Notes: generated by a model not told the origin, from the letters alone. Positions 37,557-47,147 are shown, counted from the first letter of the stretch. The stretch is DNA of 57,837 bases from Clostridiales bacterium (GCA_031265685.1 JAISCI010000116.1:1-57837), one strand, 5' to 3'. A program made the numbers and translations.

Positions 37557-38261
37557 CTACTCCTTTCCCAGCCACTCTGTCCGCAACTCGCCGTCAAGCC
37601 ACGTTATTGACGCGCATTCAACAAATTGCCGCGAAGGAATTCGCTCGTTGAGCGACTTGCGGTCAAGAGCGCCGTAAACGTCGTCATCTACTGCCACAAG
37701 CGTAAGATAGAAACCCGCGCTGCGCTCCGCGATGAGCTTAGCCACTTTTTCGGCTTGTTCCCTGGACGAAAGGTCGCTTGCTTTTACTTCAATCATAACC
37801 CCGAGCGGGACGCGAGTATCCGCCAGAAACTCGTCAAACGACGCGTCAGCCGGCAAACTGGACGATAACCCGTCATTGGCGGCCTCGTAGAATATCGTCG
37901 CCCGCCCGAATACCTCAACCGCGCAATCGTTTACAAAATCCGCGGTCTGCTGACGATACTTAACCGCCAAATAGTTGTCGCGGAAAACCTTGTCATCCCG
38001 CTTATAGTTCTCAATCTGAACGACAATTTCTTGCCCGGGCAGGCTCGCGCACGACACAATCAGCTCATGCGTGCCGGACATACTGTTCCCCCACGGAGCG
38101 GCGTACTCGAACTCCTCGCCGTACTTTTGTTCCATATACGACAGCGCGGCGTCGTTGATGTTCCGCGCGGGTTCATTCCGAACAGGATCGTTTTGCATGC
38201 ATCCATACCCTCCCAGAAGCAGCACGGCAAACAGAATTGCCGGAATAATGGCTCGTTTCAC
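37557..38261 (-). CDS. Lipoprotein (hypothetical), a candidate immunity protein for the adjacent effector
   Basis: The signal is MKRAIIPAILFAVLLLGGYGC, ending in the lipobox Cys. The stop codon lies 3 nt from the effector start. I recognise no family. Confidence 0.65.
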   Translation of the reverse strand: MKRAIIPAILFAVLLLGGYGCMQNDPVRNEPARNINDAALSYMEQKYGEEFEYAAPWGNSMSGTHELIVSCASLPGQEIVVQIENYKRDDKVFRDNYLAVKYRQQTADFVNDCAVEVFGRATIFYEAANDGLSSSLPADASFDEFLADTRVPLGVMIEVKASDLSSREQAEKVAKLIAERSAGFYLTLVAVDDDVYGALDRKSLNERIPSRQFVECASITWLDGELRTEWLGKE

Positions 38262-38324
38262 CGTCAGCCCTCCTAAGCCGCCCCCTCGCGGCGAACCGCA
38301 AGGGAGCGGTCTGCCCCGCGTGTT

Positions 38325-38627
38325 TTACTTGAAAGCGTCCGCGAGCTGAACGTTAACCTGCTCGGTCTGCTCGTACTGCGCCGCCACGTTGTTGCGCAGA
38401 AACTTGACGTACTGCTCGAGGACGTCGTAGTACGTCTGGAAATACTTTCCCGCGAACGATTCGTAGGAAGCGCGGGTCTCGTCCGAGGCCCTGCCCGCCC
38501 AGTTGGAGGAAAGGGCGTCCACACTCGCCTTGCTGTCGTCCAGCAGCTGCTGAAGCTGATGATTGTCGCTTTCTATTTGCGACGCGATAGCCAGCACTTG
38601 CTCGCTGTCCAGCGTGATTTGCGTCAT
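38325..38627 (-). CDS. esxA: WXG100 protein (EsxA-like)
   Basis: It is 100 aa with a central NWAGRASDE WXG motif, a helical hairpin layout and a QLADAFK C-terminus. It lies next to the YukD and EssC genes. Confidence 0.85.
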   Translation of the reverse strand: MTQITLDSEQVLAIASQIESDNHQLQQLLDDSKASVDALSSNWAGRASDETRASYESFAGKYFQTYYDVLEQYVKFLRNNVAAQYEQTEQVNVQLADAFK

Positions 38628-38641
38628 TTCTCTTTCCTCCT

Positions 38642-38938
38642 TTAATTAACCAGCTGCTTCGAGCCGCTGATATTGTTGTCGCGGGTGGTTTCGTAGTTCA
38701 CCGCTTGCTGTTCCAGAGCCGCGGCGGCTTGTTCCAGATGCGACGTCATCGCTTTTAGGTCGTCGCAGAAGCCTGTGATCTGCTCCACGAAAGCGAGATT
38801 GTCCGCGGCTTTCCACGCGTCGCCCATAGTGCTTGCCGTGTTGATCAGGCGAGTGTGCACGCTGGCGTAGTCGCCCGCCAACTGGGCGAACTTCCCAGAC
38901 GCCTTGCGCAGCTCGGGTGGGTCTACAGCGAATTTCAT
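38642..38938 (-). CDS. WXG100-superfamily partner protein (EsxB-like, degenerate W-x-A motif)
   Basis: It is 98 aa and helical, with a central GDAWKAADN. It sits immediately upstream of the EsxA-like gene. Confidence 0.65.
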   Translation of the reverse strand: MKFAVDPPELRKASGKFAQLAGDYASVHTRLINTASTMGDAWKAADNLAFVEQITGFCDDLKAMTSHLEQAAAALEQQAVNYETTRDNNISGSKQLVN

Positions 38939-38991
38939 AGTCTTTTGCCTCCCGTAAAAAATTTTTTATCTTCAACGCCGGAGCGTTAAAT

Positions 38992-39243
38992 TCAAATAAG
39001 TATCAGCTTGGACGCGTTGCGTATTCCCGCGTCGCGCACCGTGATACCGCGCTCGTACGGCTCCCCGCTGTCCGCGTCCAGCAAGACCGAATCGGCCGTA
39101 CCCTTATAACTGCCTCCCGACAGAGATTCGGCTATGCTGACAAGCAGCCGCGTGGCTTCTCCGATTTGCTTTCCGCTCGGCAGATAAGCGTCGTAGTGTT
39201 TCCCCGCCGCGGGGAGATGAACGTCCACAAGATATTTTTTCAT
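38992..39243 (-). CDS. esaB: YukD/EsaB-like ubiquitin-fold protein
   Basis: It is 83 aa. The beta-grasp-like pattern (KYLVDVHL...YDAYLP...IGE...VRDAGIRNASKLILI) fits the family, and it sits in the canonical position just downstream of essC. Confidence 0.7.
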   Translation of the reverse strand: MKKYLVDVHLPAAGKHYDAYLPSGKQIGEATRLLVSIAESLSGGSYKGTADSVLLDADSGEPYERGITVRDAGIRNASKLILI

Positions 39244-39257
39244 CCGATTTTCCTCCG

Positions 39258-42200
39258 TTATCGCAAAAACTTAACGAGCGTCGCGGCTGCGCCCGCAACG
39301 ACAAACCCGAAGTCCGATTCAAGCTCCGCCGAGTAGTCCCGCGGTTTTTTGCTCACGGTCAAACGGTATTGCGCGTTGATCCCGCCGCCGACCCAAATTC
39401 CGTCATTACCGTTTATATGAGCCTTGTACCAATTCTCAACCGTAAGCGGCGTGAGCGAGTTCAGGCTCTCGGCTACCACAAAGTGGACATTGTACGCTTT
39501 ATCGCACTTCGCCATAGCGAGGTGAAGCCTGTTAAGCGGCGTGTCGTCGGCGGCGTCCTTTTTCACTTTTTCCGCGGGGTTATAGCGTTCAAGCATGGTT
39601 TTGAGCAGCGACATCGACTGAATGACCACAAACAGCGGCTCAAACCGCGGTATCCGGCCGCCTTCGGCCAGTCTGTCCTTGTACTCGTTGTTTCGGCTGA
39701 GGACTATGCCGAATATATCGCGAACAGCGTTCACGCAGCCGTTGGTATCGTTAAACACCTGGAGATTCTCGGAGCTTGACTGAATGAGCGTTTTGCCCGT
39801 AGGCGCGAGAACTATCGTCTTCACGCCGCAGCGCGAAGCGACCAAAGCGCCGAGAGCGTTTGTGAAATCCTGCCACTCCTGATTCACGGAGAGCACGAGA
39901 TTGACGGCGCTAGCCGTGAAGTTGCAGTAAGCTATCTCCAGCGTGGCTTTCTCAACGCCTATCGGCACACGGCTAAGGTCTCCATCCCGGACGTATGGCG
40001 ACAGGAACCGCTCCGTCACTTTCTCCGGCAGAACAGGAACGCTCATCGCCCCGGCTCCGGAGTATTTGGCCGACATCCTTTTGACGAACCCGCGTATGAA
40101 CCCATACGGCGGGTCTTCCGCCGTAATACTCGCCGTCTGAAATTCGAGCAAGCCGTCCTTGTCCCGCCGGAATATGCCCCTGCCTTTCATTTTGTCGGGA
40201 AGCATACCCTCCGTCTTGCCGACGACTGTCGCGTAATCGTCCGTATTGTTAAGCTGCAGACAGTACAACAGCTTAAAGTTCTGGAGCAGACTGAACTTAA
40301 CGTTGTTTACCCCCGTACAGGTAAGAATGAAGTAAATCCCGTACTTCGTCCCCTCGCGGGTCAGATAGCTGATTTCGGCGGACTTCTCCTCAAAGAGTTC
40401 CGTGAACGCCGCATAGTTGTTTATCACTACTACCAGACTCGGCTCCGGCACATCCGCTTGCTTGTTGTACTGAACCATACTGCCGCCAAACTGGGATAGC
40501 AGTTTCTTGCGGGTTTCGAGCTTGCCGATAATCAACTTGAACAGATTATTGACTTTTTCCGTTTCATAGGAAAGGATCACGTCGCCGACGTGCGGGGCGC
40601 CCGCGAACGCCGTCAGCGTTTCCGCGCCGAAGTCCATTATGTATATGTTTACTTCCCGCGGCGTATGCTCGTTCATCAGTGAATAGCACATCGACTCGAT
40701 GAACATCGCCTTGCCGTTGCCCGCCGAGCCGTATACTATGACGTTGCCGTCGCTCGTTACCGGAACGCGGAGTATGCCCTGTGACTGACGAGCGGGGTCG
40801 TCGAACTCGCCGGCTATCGGATTGAGGACAAATCGCTCCGCAGCCGACTTGCCGTATTTGTCGGCAAGCCCGTCAGCGTAAATCAGCGCGGGTATCGGGT
40901 CAAGCCACATCTTCCAGCGCTTGACATGTTCTTCTTCGCAAACCTTGCTGATGTAGCCCGTCACAACGTCAAGCTGCTTCGGCGGGTCTTTTACCATCGC
41001 GAACCTGTCAATGTTGGCTTCCGCGATTACCCGGCCGTTCGTGTTTATCACCGACACCGCGTCGTCGCGGTCTTTAATGACTTTGGCGGACGGGTAGTAG
41101 GGCGCGCCGGCCCAAGCGGACTGACCGATTTCAAACAGCTCGTTATAGCCGACTTGCAGATAGAACCGCCCGGTATCAACAAGCGCCGCCGCCTCCGGGC
41201 GGCCGAGCATTTCCGTACTGTCGCCGACGTCCTGCACTTTCAGACACACGCGGAATCGGCTGTTGCTGCGGATCTGATCGTCCACAACGCCGCCGGGCTT
41301 CTGCGTGGCGAGAATCAGGTGAACGCCCAAGCTGCGCCCGACGCGCGCCGTGCTGGTCAGCTCGGTCATAAAGTCGGGCTGTTCTTTCTTTAACTCCGCG
41401 AATTCATCGGAGATAATGAACAGGTGGGGGAGCGGCTCGCTTACCTTGCCCTCGCGGTAGAGCTTCTGATATTTGTAAATATCAATGTTGCTGACATTGT
41501 GCCTCCGCGAGGTGTCGCGGAATATGCGCTCGCGGCGATGCAGTTCGCTCCGCATGGAAGCGAGCGACCGCTTTATGCCGTTGCCGTCAAGGTTTGTGAT
41601 AATCCCCGCCGTATGCGGTATATTCTCAAACGATTTCGCCATACCGCCGCCTTTGTAATCAATCAGAATAAACGCGACTTCGTAGGGATGGAACGATACC
41701 GCCATCGAGAGAATGTAGGCAATAATAAACTCGCTCTTGCCGGATCCGGTCATACCCGCGACAAGCCCGTGCGGACCGTGCGCCCGCTCGTGCAGGTCAA
41801 GCTTGAACGGCTCTCCGTATTTATCAACCCCGACAGCCGCCGCGAGCGATTTGGCGGGATCGTTGGCGGACCAGTTATCGGCAAGGTTCAAATGCTCAAT
41901 CATGCCGATATCAAGCATTTCAAAGAAGGTATACTTCTTCGGCAGCGTGAAATTAGAGCCGCTGACGTCCACAAACGTGTTAGCGAGAACTCCCGTGGCG
42001 CGCTGAATGAACTTTGCCTGGTTCGCGCAAAATTCAGCGTCAATCCGCTGAGGCGCGTCAATATTGAACGGAATCGGCGGGTCGCTTACGTCGCCTATCA
42101 GAGTTAAATTTCCGTTTGAACCGCCGCGCAGCTCGACGACGGCGGCGCACTCCTTTGGAAGGTCGGCAAGCCGCTCGAACATAGACAGCACGGAGAATTT

Positions 42201-43946
42201 GATATTCTTCTTGTGTTCGAGCGCGCGGCGGACACATTCCGTTTTTGAGGCGAGTTCCTTATCCAAACAGATAATGACAAAGTACGGCGCTTCGTCGTCA
42301 AGCCTGCTTTCGCTCAATCCCTTGCGGTACTCTATGACGGAATCGAGGGCCTGCGACAGTTCTTTCGCTTCCTCCGAGTTCGTCGCGATGTAGCGAACCG
42401 TCCGCTCGTTGTTCATCGTATGAGGCAGCCACCGGGCAAAGCCGAAATCGGCTCCGCCGCTCTCGTCATATATAAGCGCGAGCTTAACCTCGTCGTAGCT
42501 GTGGAGGGCCGCGATCTGGATTATCAGGTTTTTCGCGTAAGAGAACAGGATGTCGCGGCCGGCGTACAGTCCGCTGACGAACCGCTCCGCGATGGGCAGA
42601 CAAACCGGAACATCGCGCAGCCAGCGTTTTGTCTCTCCAAACTGATACATCATCTCGGTCAAATTGTCCTTCTCGACCGTGAATCTGCGCTCCGAATACT
42701 GAATATTGGCTTTAAGCGGCAGATTGCCGCTGCCAAGCCGCAGAGACAGAAAATCGGTATGCTTCGGGGTGCGCTCCCAAATCCGCGGGTTCGGCGACAG
42801 AACGCGGCTCACGCAAGTCTCGGTATCGACGTCGTTATCGCGCAGGATTTGCTCCTGACGGGCGGTTTCGCTGGCGATAAGCGTCTGCATTTGCGCGAGA
42901 TATTCCTTATAAGTTTCCTGCCGCTTCGTTTCTTTGCGCTCGCGCAGTCTTTTTTGGAAAGTCTTTGTAATAAGAGGCCACATCAGCGTACCGAGTAGCA
43001 TACTCAGGCACATAACTATCGACGGGATAGCCGAGGTAATATCTCCGCGACCGATAGCGCTTGTAACCGCGAACACGCCGCTCGCCGCCGAAGCCATACC
43101 CATAGTCAGGGACGGACCGATCAGCATAATCATCGGCACCTCGTCATTGTCCTGATTATTAGGCGGCGCGTCTATTTTAAGCTCGAAAACACCGACGTCG
43201 CGCTTGAAACGCGGGGCGCGGTAATAATAGTCGGACTGAACGTCCTCGAAATCGTCGTCGGCATCGTAATCGTCGGGGGCGTTCTTGGTTTGCGGCGCGT
43301 GATACTCGCGGAGTCCGCCGCTCTGCACCTTAACGTTCCCGTCGGGATTGTTGAGAAATATTCCCCGGTTGGTTACTATAATCCGCAGTCCCAATATGTA
43401 AATAACGTCGCCTACGCTGAGCCGCCGCTGCCGCGTTACCGCTTTACCGTTGACATAAGTATTGTTTGTGCTGCCCAAGTCGCGCACAATTATCCCGTCG
43501 GGTGAAATGGTCAGTTCGGCGTGGTTTCTGGAAGCGAAATTATTTGAATAGCAAATGTTGTTCTCCGAGTTCAGCCCAATCGTCAGCACCGTCCGCGTGT
43601 CCGTAAGCTCGTAACCGCGGTACCTCTTGCGATCAGCGCTGAGCGGCTCGGTATACAGCACGAATTTATGCGCCCCGTCCGCGCTTTGTATTCTGTATAA
43701 CTCAAGCGGACTCAACGGCACGCTCTGCAAGATGTTGTTGGATTTGTCACGAATTTTGAAGCGGCGGTTCGACTTCATAATCCACTGGGACGCGCCTCCG
43801 CTCTCCGCGGAGCGCAGCGCCTCTACGGAAACCACGTCCGACAGCTTGCCGTCGGCGTTTCTGCCGCGCACCCAATAATGCCCCGCGTATTTTTCCGGCA
43901 AGGTCATACTGGTGTATTCCTGTTTTGAAAGAAGCGTCAGTTTCAT
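39258..43946 (-). CDS. essC: Type VII secretion FtsK/SpoIIIE-family ATPase EssC/YukB
   Basis: It is 1562 aa with two N-terminal FHA-like domains (second one: SRNHAELTI...GSTNNTYVNG) and two TM helices. Three P-loop ATPase modules follow (D1 GMTGSGKSE, D2 GSAGNGKAM, D3 with a degenerate Walker A). Confidence 0.95.
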   Translation of the reverse strand: MKLTLLSKQEYTSMTLPEKYAGHYWVRGRNADGKLSDVVSVEALRSAESGGASQWIMKSNRRFKIRDKSNNILQSVPLSPLELYRIQSADGAHKFVLYTEPLSADRKRYRGYELTDTRTVLTIGLNSENNICYSNNFASRNHAELTISPDGIIVRDLGSTNNTYVNGKAVTRQRRLSVGDVIYILGLRIIVTNRGIFLNNPDGNVKVQSGGLREYHAPQTKNAPDDYDADDDFEDVQSDYYYRAPRFKRDVGVFELKIDAPPNNQDNDEVPMIMLIGPSLTMGMASAASGVFAVTSAIGRGDITSAIPSIVMCLSMLLGTLMWPLITKTFQKRLRERKETKRQETYKEYLAQMQTLIASETARQEQILRDNDVDTETCVSRVLSPNPRIWERTPKHTDFLSLRLGSGNLPLKANIQYSERRFTVEKDNLTEMMYQFGETKRWLRDVPVCLPIAERFVSGLYAGRDILFSYAKNLIIQIAALHSYDEVKLALIYDESGGADFGFARWLPHTMNNERTVRYIATNSEEAKELSQALDSVIEYRKGLSESRLDDEAPYFVIICLDKELASKTECVRRALEHKKNIKFSVLSMFERLADLPKECAAVVELRGGSNGNLTLIGDVSDPPIPFNIDAPQRIDAEFCANQAKFIQRATGVLANTFVDVSGSNFTLPKKYTFFEMLDIGMIEHLNLADNWSANDPAKSLAAAVGVDKYGEPFKLDLHERAHGPHGLVAGMTGSGKSEFIIAYILSMAVSFHPYEVAFILIDYKGGGMAKSFENIPHTAGIITNLDGNGIKRSLASMRSELHRRERIFRDTSRRHNVSNIDIYKYQKLYREGKVSEPLPHLFIISDEFAELKKEQPDFMTELTSTARVGRSLGVHLILATQKPGGVVDDQIRSNSRFRVCLKVQDVGDSTEMLGRPEAAALVDTGRFYLQVGYNELFEIGQSAWAGAPYYPSAKVIKDRDDAVSVINTNGRVIAEANIDRFAMVKDPPKQLDVVTGYISKVCEEEHVKRWKMWLDPIPALIYADGLADKYGKSAAERFVLNPIAGEFDDPARQSQGILRVPVTSDGNVIVYGSAGNGKAMFIESMCYSLMNEHTPREVNIYIMDFGAETLTAFAGAPHVGDVILSYETEKVNNLFKLIIGKLETRKKLLSQFGGSMVQYNKQADVPEPSLVVVINNYAAFTELFEEKSAEISYLTREGTKYGIYFILTCTGVNNVKFSLLQNFKLLYCLQLNNTDDYATVVGKTEGMLPDKMKGRGIFRRDKDGLLEFQTASITAEDPPYGFIRGFVKRMSAKYSGAGAMSVPVLPEKVTERFLSPYVRDGDLSRVPIGVEKATLEIAYCNFTASAVNLVLSVNQEWQDFTNALGALVASRCGVKTIVLAPTGKTLIQSSSENLQVFNDTNGCVNAVRDIFGIVLSRNNEYKDRLAEGGRIPRFEPLFVVIQSMSLLKTMLERYNPAEKVKKDAADDTPLNRLHLAMAKCDKAYNVHFVVAESLNSLTPLTVENWYKAHINGNDGIWVGGGINAQYRLTVSKKPRDYSAELESDFGFVVAGAAATLVKFLR

Positions 43947-44770
43947 ACTTTTCTCCGTTTTCCGAATTTATTCGCGATCCCGTGAATGAACGCTATCCGC
44001 GGGATTGCCGCGTCAGCCACAACGATTGTCACATTGTCCCTTCCGCCGTTATCTAACGCCGATTTAAGCAAGTAATCGGCGGCGGCGGCGGTTTTAACGG
44101 AACTTTTTAACGCGTCTTCGATTTCGGCGCGGCTTACCATATCGGTCAATCCGTCGGAACAAATCAGGATCCGGCATTTTCCGCGTATAGGCGGATAACT
44201 CTCCGCGGCGCGCGTTTCGCCGATTCCTATGCACCGCGTAAGTTTGTGCCTGTCTTTTTCGAGCCGCGCCCGCTCCGCCGTTATTAAGCCGCTCCGAACT
44301 TTCTCTGCCGCCAAAGTATGGTCGTTTGTCACTTGCGCGAGAGCGCCTTCTGTTAAACTATAAATTCGCGTATCTCCTATGCTGAAACAGTATACGCCGC
44401 TTTCCGCGACTATTGCCAGCGCGAGCGTTGTGCCGACCCGGCAGGCGGGGTTTCCCGAGCGTATCGCCTTATTTGCCGCGCTGACGTAGGCCTGCGCGCC
44501 GCGCTCAAATTCCGCGGGCGAACACGATTTAATCCGTTCGCTGTATTGCGCCAGCAGGGAAACCGCTGTCAGCGAAGCGATCTCGCCGTCGTTCTCGCCG
44601 CCCATCCCGTCGCAGACCGCTAAAATTACAGGCGCGCGCGAACTGCCGTCAATGGCGAACGGACGTTCGCGTGTTTCGGAGGTAAGCGTCACACCGTCCG
44701 CAAACAGGTTATCCTCGTTTTTATCCCGAACCCTACCAACGTGAGAACGGGCCGAATACGCCACATCCAT
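43943..44770 (-). CDS. PP2C-family Ser/Thr phosphatase (Stp/PrpC-like)
   Basis: The motifs RVRDKNEDN, AVCDGMGGENDGEIAS, ICSDGLTDMV and GGRDNVTIVV are present. An ATGA overlap with essC lies at 43943-43946. Confidence 0.92.
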   Translation of the reverse strand: MDVAYSARSHVGRVRDKNEDNLFADGVTLTSETRERPFAIDGSSRAPVILAVCDGMGGENDGEIASLTAVSLLAQYSERIKSCSPAEFERGAQAYVSAANKAIRSGNPACRVGTTLALAIVAESGVYCFSIGDTRIYSLTEGALAQVTNDHTLAAEKVRSGLITAERARLEKDRHKLTRCIGIGETRAAESYPPIRGKCRILICSDGLTDMVSRAEIEDALKSSVKTAAAADYLLKSALDNGGRDNVTIVVADAAIPRIAFIHGIANKFGKRRKV

Positions 44771-44781
44771 AGCCCGTACCC

Positions 44782-46350
44782 TTAAAATATGGACTCGGTT
44801 TTACTGCCGCCGGGCGACTTTTCCGGTTCGCGCGGATGGGCGGGCGCCCCAAGCGACTGAATATAATCTATATGTAACGACTCCCGTCCGAATTTCAGCG
44901 TACAGCCGGATTGCAGAGGAGAACTTCCCGTGATATTTACGCCGTTCAAAAACGTCTTGTTTGTCCGGCTCAAATGAACGACGATCAGCCCCGCGCCCTG
45001 AGCGGCGATTTTGCACTGCTCGCGCGAAACGCTCTTATCGTCAAGCCGAATGGCGCAATATTCGGCGCGGCCGATTACCAATTCGCCGTTTATGGGAAGG
45101 ATCCAGTTTTTGCCTGGATTATCGGGGTTACTAAGCTTAATTGTAAACTGCGCTCCCGAAAAATCCGCCTCGCCGACAAACTCGGTCTTTTCGTAGTAAT
45201 TACCTCCGCCTGACACTATTTCATTCGGCGCGCTGTATTCGGAAGTCCGCTTTTTCTTTTTCCCGCGGGTAACGGCGACGGCTATAATCACCGCGATAAG
45301 TATAATGAGCAAAACACCCGCGCCTATAAAAACAACCAGAGTATAGTCCCCGAACACGGAAGTTATAGACTCGGTCGATTCAGGCTCGTATTCTACCGGC
45401 GATACCGTCGGTTTCGGCGCCGCGGTTATTTCAGGCGCGGCCGGCGGCTCGGCTGTCTCGGCTGAGGGAGCGTCAAAAACAGAAACTTTCATATCGAACT
45501 GAACGGAATTAACTCCGTCCGAAATGTCCACCTGCCGAGTCGAACCGTCTAACAACGCGCTCGGGAGTACGGCTCTGAGCCAAAACACCCCGCCGGAAGC
45601 GAGACTCGAAGAAAGTTCCGGAATGTCGGATTCAGGATATAGATTCACATATCTGCCGCCGCTCATCCGGGTCAGCGCGGATAACTCTTTTTCAGGCTCC
45701 GTTTGTTTCGATCCGCTGACCGCGACGACGTCAACGGGATAGGCGTCGGCCTGAAGCTTCAGATAAAGCTCCTCTTTGGTCACGCCGCTCGCGGTATCGT
45801 CTATACCGTCCGTGATAACAATCGTGCGGTAGTAGCAGGGTTTGTCCTCAATCGGCTGAACCTTCGGAATCGTGTTGTAAATCGCGTCATAAATCCTGCT
45901 CTGCTGACCGTTAAACTCGATTTTCGCCGCGGCGCCGGCAAGGTCGTACCGGTCGGATGTGAAATCCTGTAATACGGTAAGCCGCTCGCCGAAAGTCACA
46001 ATCTTGAATTGCTCGTTCTTCGCGATACGCTCAATCATGGCGTCAATATAAGCCTTAATATCCGCCCGGGCTTCCGGCGGCATGGAAGTGGAAATATCAA
46101 GCAGAACCGTGGCGCGAACCGTCACGTCTTTGTCCGACAGAAAACCGCCGTCCGTAATCTCCGCCGTTTGATTGGACACCTTGACGATAAGGTTATCAGC
46201 GTCCATTTCACCCGCTACAAACACATCCATGTTACGTTCCCACACATATGCCTGCGACAAGGAGGCGCCGTCCGCGCGGCACACGGCCAGCGGCGCCATG
46301 AGGGCTGATACTAATACAAAGACAAACGTAAACAGCTTCTTGGTCAGCAT
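44782..46350 (-). CDS. Bitopic protein with an extracellular vWA domain, one TM helix and a cytoplasmic FHA domain
   Basis: It has an N-terminal signal/anchor. The vWA domain has the MIDAS motif DISTS (VLLDISTSMPPEARADIKAYID...VITDGIDD). The TM helix is LVVFIGAGVLLIILIAVIIAVAV. The C-terminal FHA domain reads LVIGRAEYCAIRLDDKSVSREQCKI...SRTNKTFLNG. Confidence 0.88.
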   Translation of the reverse strand: MLTKKLFTFVFVLVSALMAPLAVCRADGASLSQAYVWERNMDVFVAGEMDADNLIVKVSNQTAEITDGGFLSDKDVTVRATVLLDISTSMPPEARADIKAYIDAMIERIAKNEQFKIVTFGERLTVLQDFTSDRYDLAGAAAKIEFNGQQSRIYDAIYNTIPKVQPIEDKPCYYRTIVITDGIDDTASGVTKEELYLKLQADAYPVDVVAVSGSKQTEPEKELSALTRMSGGRYVNLYPESDIPELSSSLASGGVFWLRAVLPSALLDGSTRQVDISDGVNSVQFDMKVSVFDAPSAETAEPPAAPEITAAPKPTVSPVEYEPESTESITSVFGDYTLVVFIGAGVLLIILIAVIIAVAVTRGKKKKRTSEYSAPNEIVSGGGNYYEKTEFVGEADFSGAQFTIKLSNPDNPGKNWILPINGELVIGRAEYCAIRLDDKSVSREQCKIAAQGAGLIVVHLSRTNKTFLNGVNITGSSPLQSGCTLKFGRESLHIDYIQSLGAPAHPREPEKSPGGSKTESIF

Positions 46351-46365
46351 AACTTATCTCCTTAT

Positions 46366-46392
46366 GAATTTTCGCGGATTCAGGCGAAAATT
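46366..46392. repeat. REP-like hairpin unit GAATTTTCGC-GGATTCAG-GCGAAAATT inside the gene array
   Basis: Read directly. It fills most of the 62-nt gap between two co-directional genes. Confidence 0.75.
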
Positions 46393-46412
46393 ACTTTTAT
46401 TCCGCGCTTCTG

Positions 46413-46736
46413 TCAGGTAAGCGGAATACCGCATTTTTCGCAGAACGCCCCGGTTTTCTTGGTCGCCTTTCCGCATTTGGGGCAGAGCGTTTGGCCGGGG
46501 GACATCGCGCCGAGTTCGCGTTTCGCCCGCATTTCGCTGATTTTACGCCCCGCCGCGTCCACTCCCGCGTTAACGGCGTTCTCCAGCGCTTTCTCAATGA
46601 CTATTATGATAAACACACCCGCCGCGCTGACCGCGACGCCCGCGATTATACCTATTCCTAAGCCAAACTGACCCCCGGCAAGAATGCCGAGCAATATGCC
46701 GAAAACAACCCCGTAATGGGCGTATGTCCTGCGCAT
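46413..46736 (-). CDS. Membrane protein (2-3 TM helices) with a C-terminal zinc ribbon
   Basis: The N-terminal half is Gly-rich and hydrophobic. The C-terminal motif is CPKCGKATKKTGAFCEKCG. Confidence 0.7.
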   Translation of the reverse strand: MRRTYAHYGVVFGILLGILAGGQFGLGIGIIAGVAVSAAGVFIIIVIEKALENAVNAGVDAAGRKISEMRAKRELGAMSPGQTLCPKCGKATKKTGAFCEKCGIPLT

Positions 46737-46749
46737 AGCGTTATCCCCC

Positions 46750-47076
46750 CTAATATCCCGCGCTGTAAGCCGCGTTCATAAACCAATTCGCCAGTTCCAT
46801 ATCTCCAATCGGCCTGCCGTTAATTTCAGCGTAGACCACAACGTATTCGCCGTCATAAACGCCGTACTGATCCGAAAACTGAATCAGCGCCTTGTCGCCG
46901 CCCGATGTTTCCCCGGTAAACTCAACCACTTGGGAATAGGCGCTTGAGGTGAACTTATCCCACTTTCCGCCCTTACAGAACCCGTCAAGCAACTGCCCGC
47001 AAGTGATATTGACGCCAACGCTCGCAAGCCCGGCGCCGGTGTTTTTGACCTTCTCAATCTCAGAACCTGTATTCAT
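46750..47076 (-). CDS. Hypothetical 108-aa protein, possibly the detached C-terminal part of the upstream zinc-ribbon/TM gene
   Basis: The first ATG clear of the repeat element is at 47076 and has no obvious RBS. The ORF-track N-terminal extension translates the palindromic element at 47148-47238. Confidence 0.45.
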   Translation of the reverse strand: MNTGSEIEKVKNTGAGLASVGVNITCGQLLDGFCKGGKWDKFTSSAYSQVVEFTGETSGGDKALIQFSDQYGVYDGEYVVVYAEINGRPIGDMELANWFMNAAYSAGY

Positions 47077-47147
47077 AGATGGAATCGACGTCTTTTCGGC
47101 TGATTTCCCGTCGTTGATCGACGTTTGATGTTGTCTTAGACAACATC

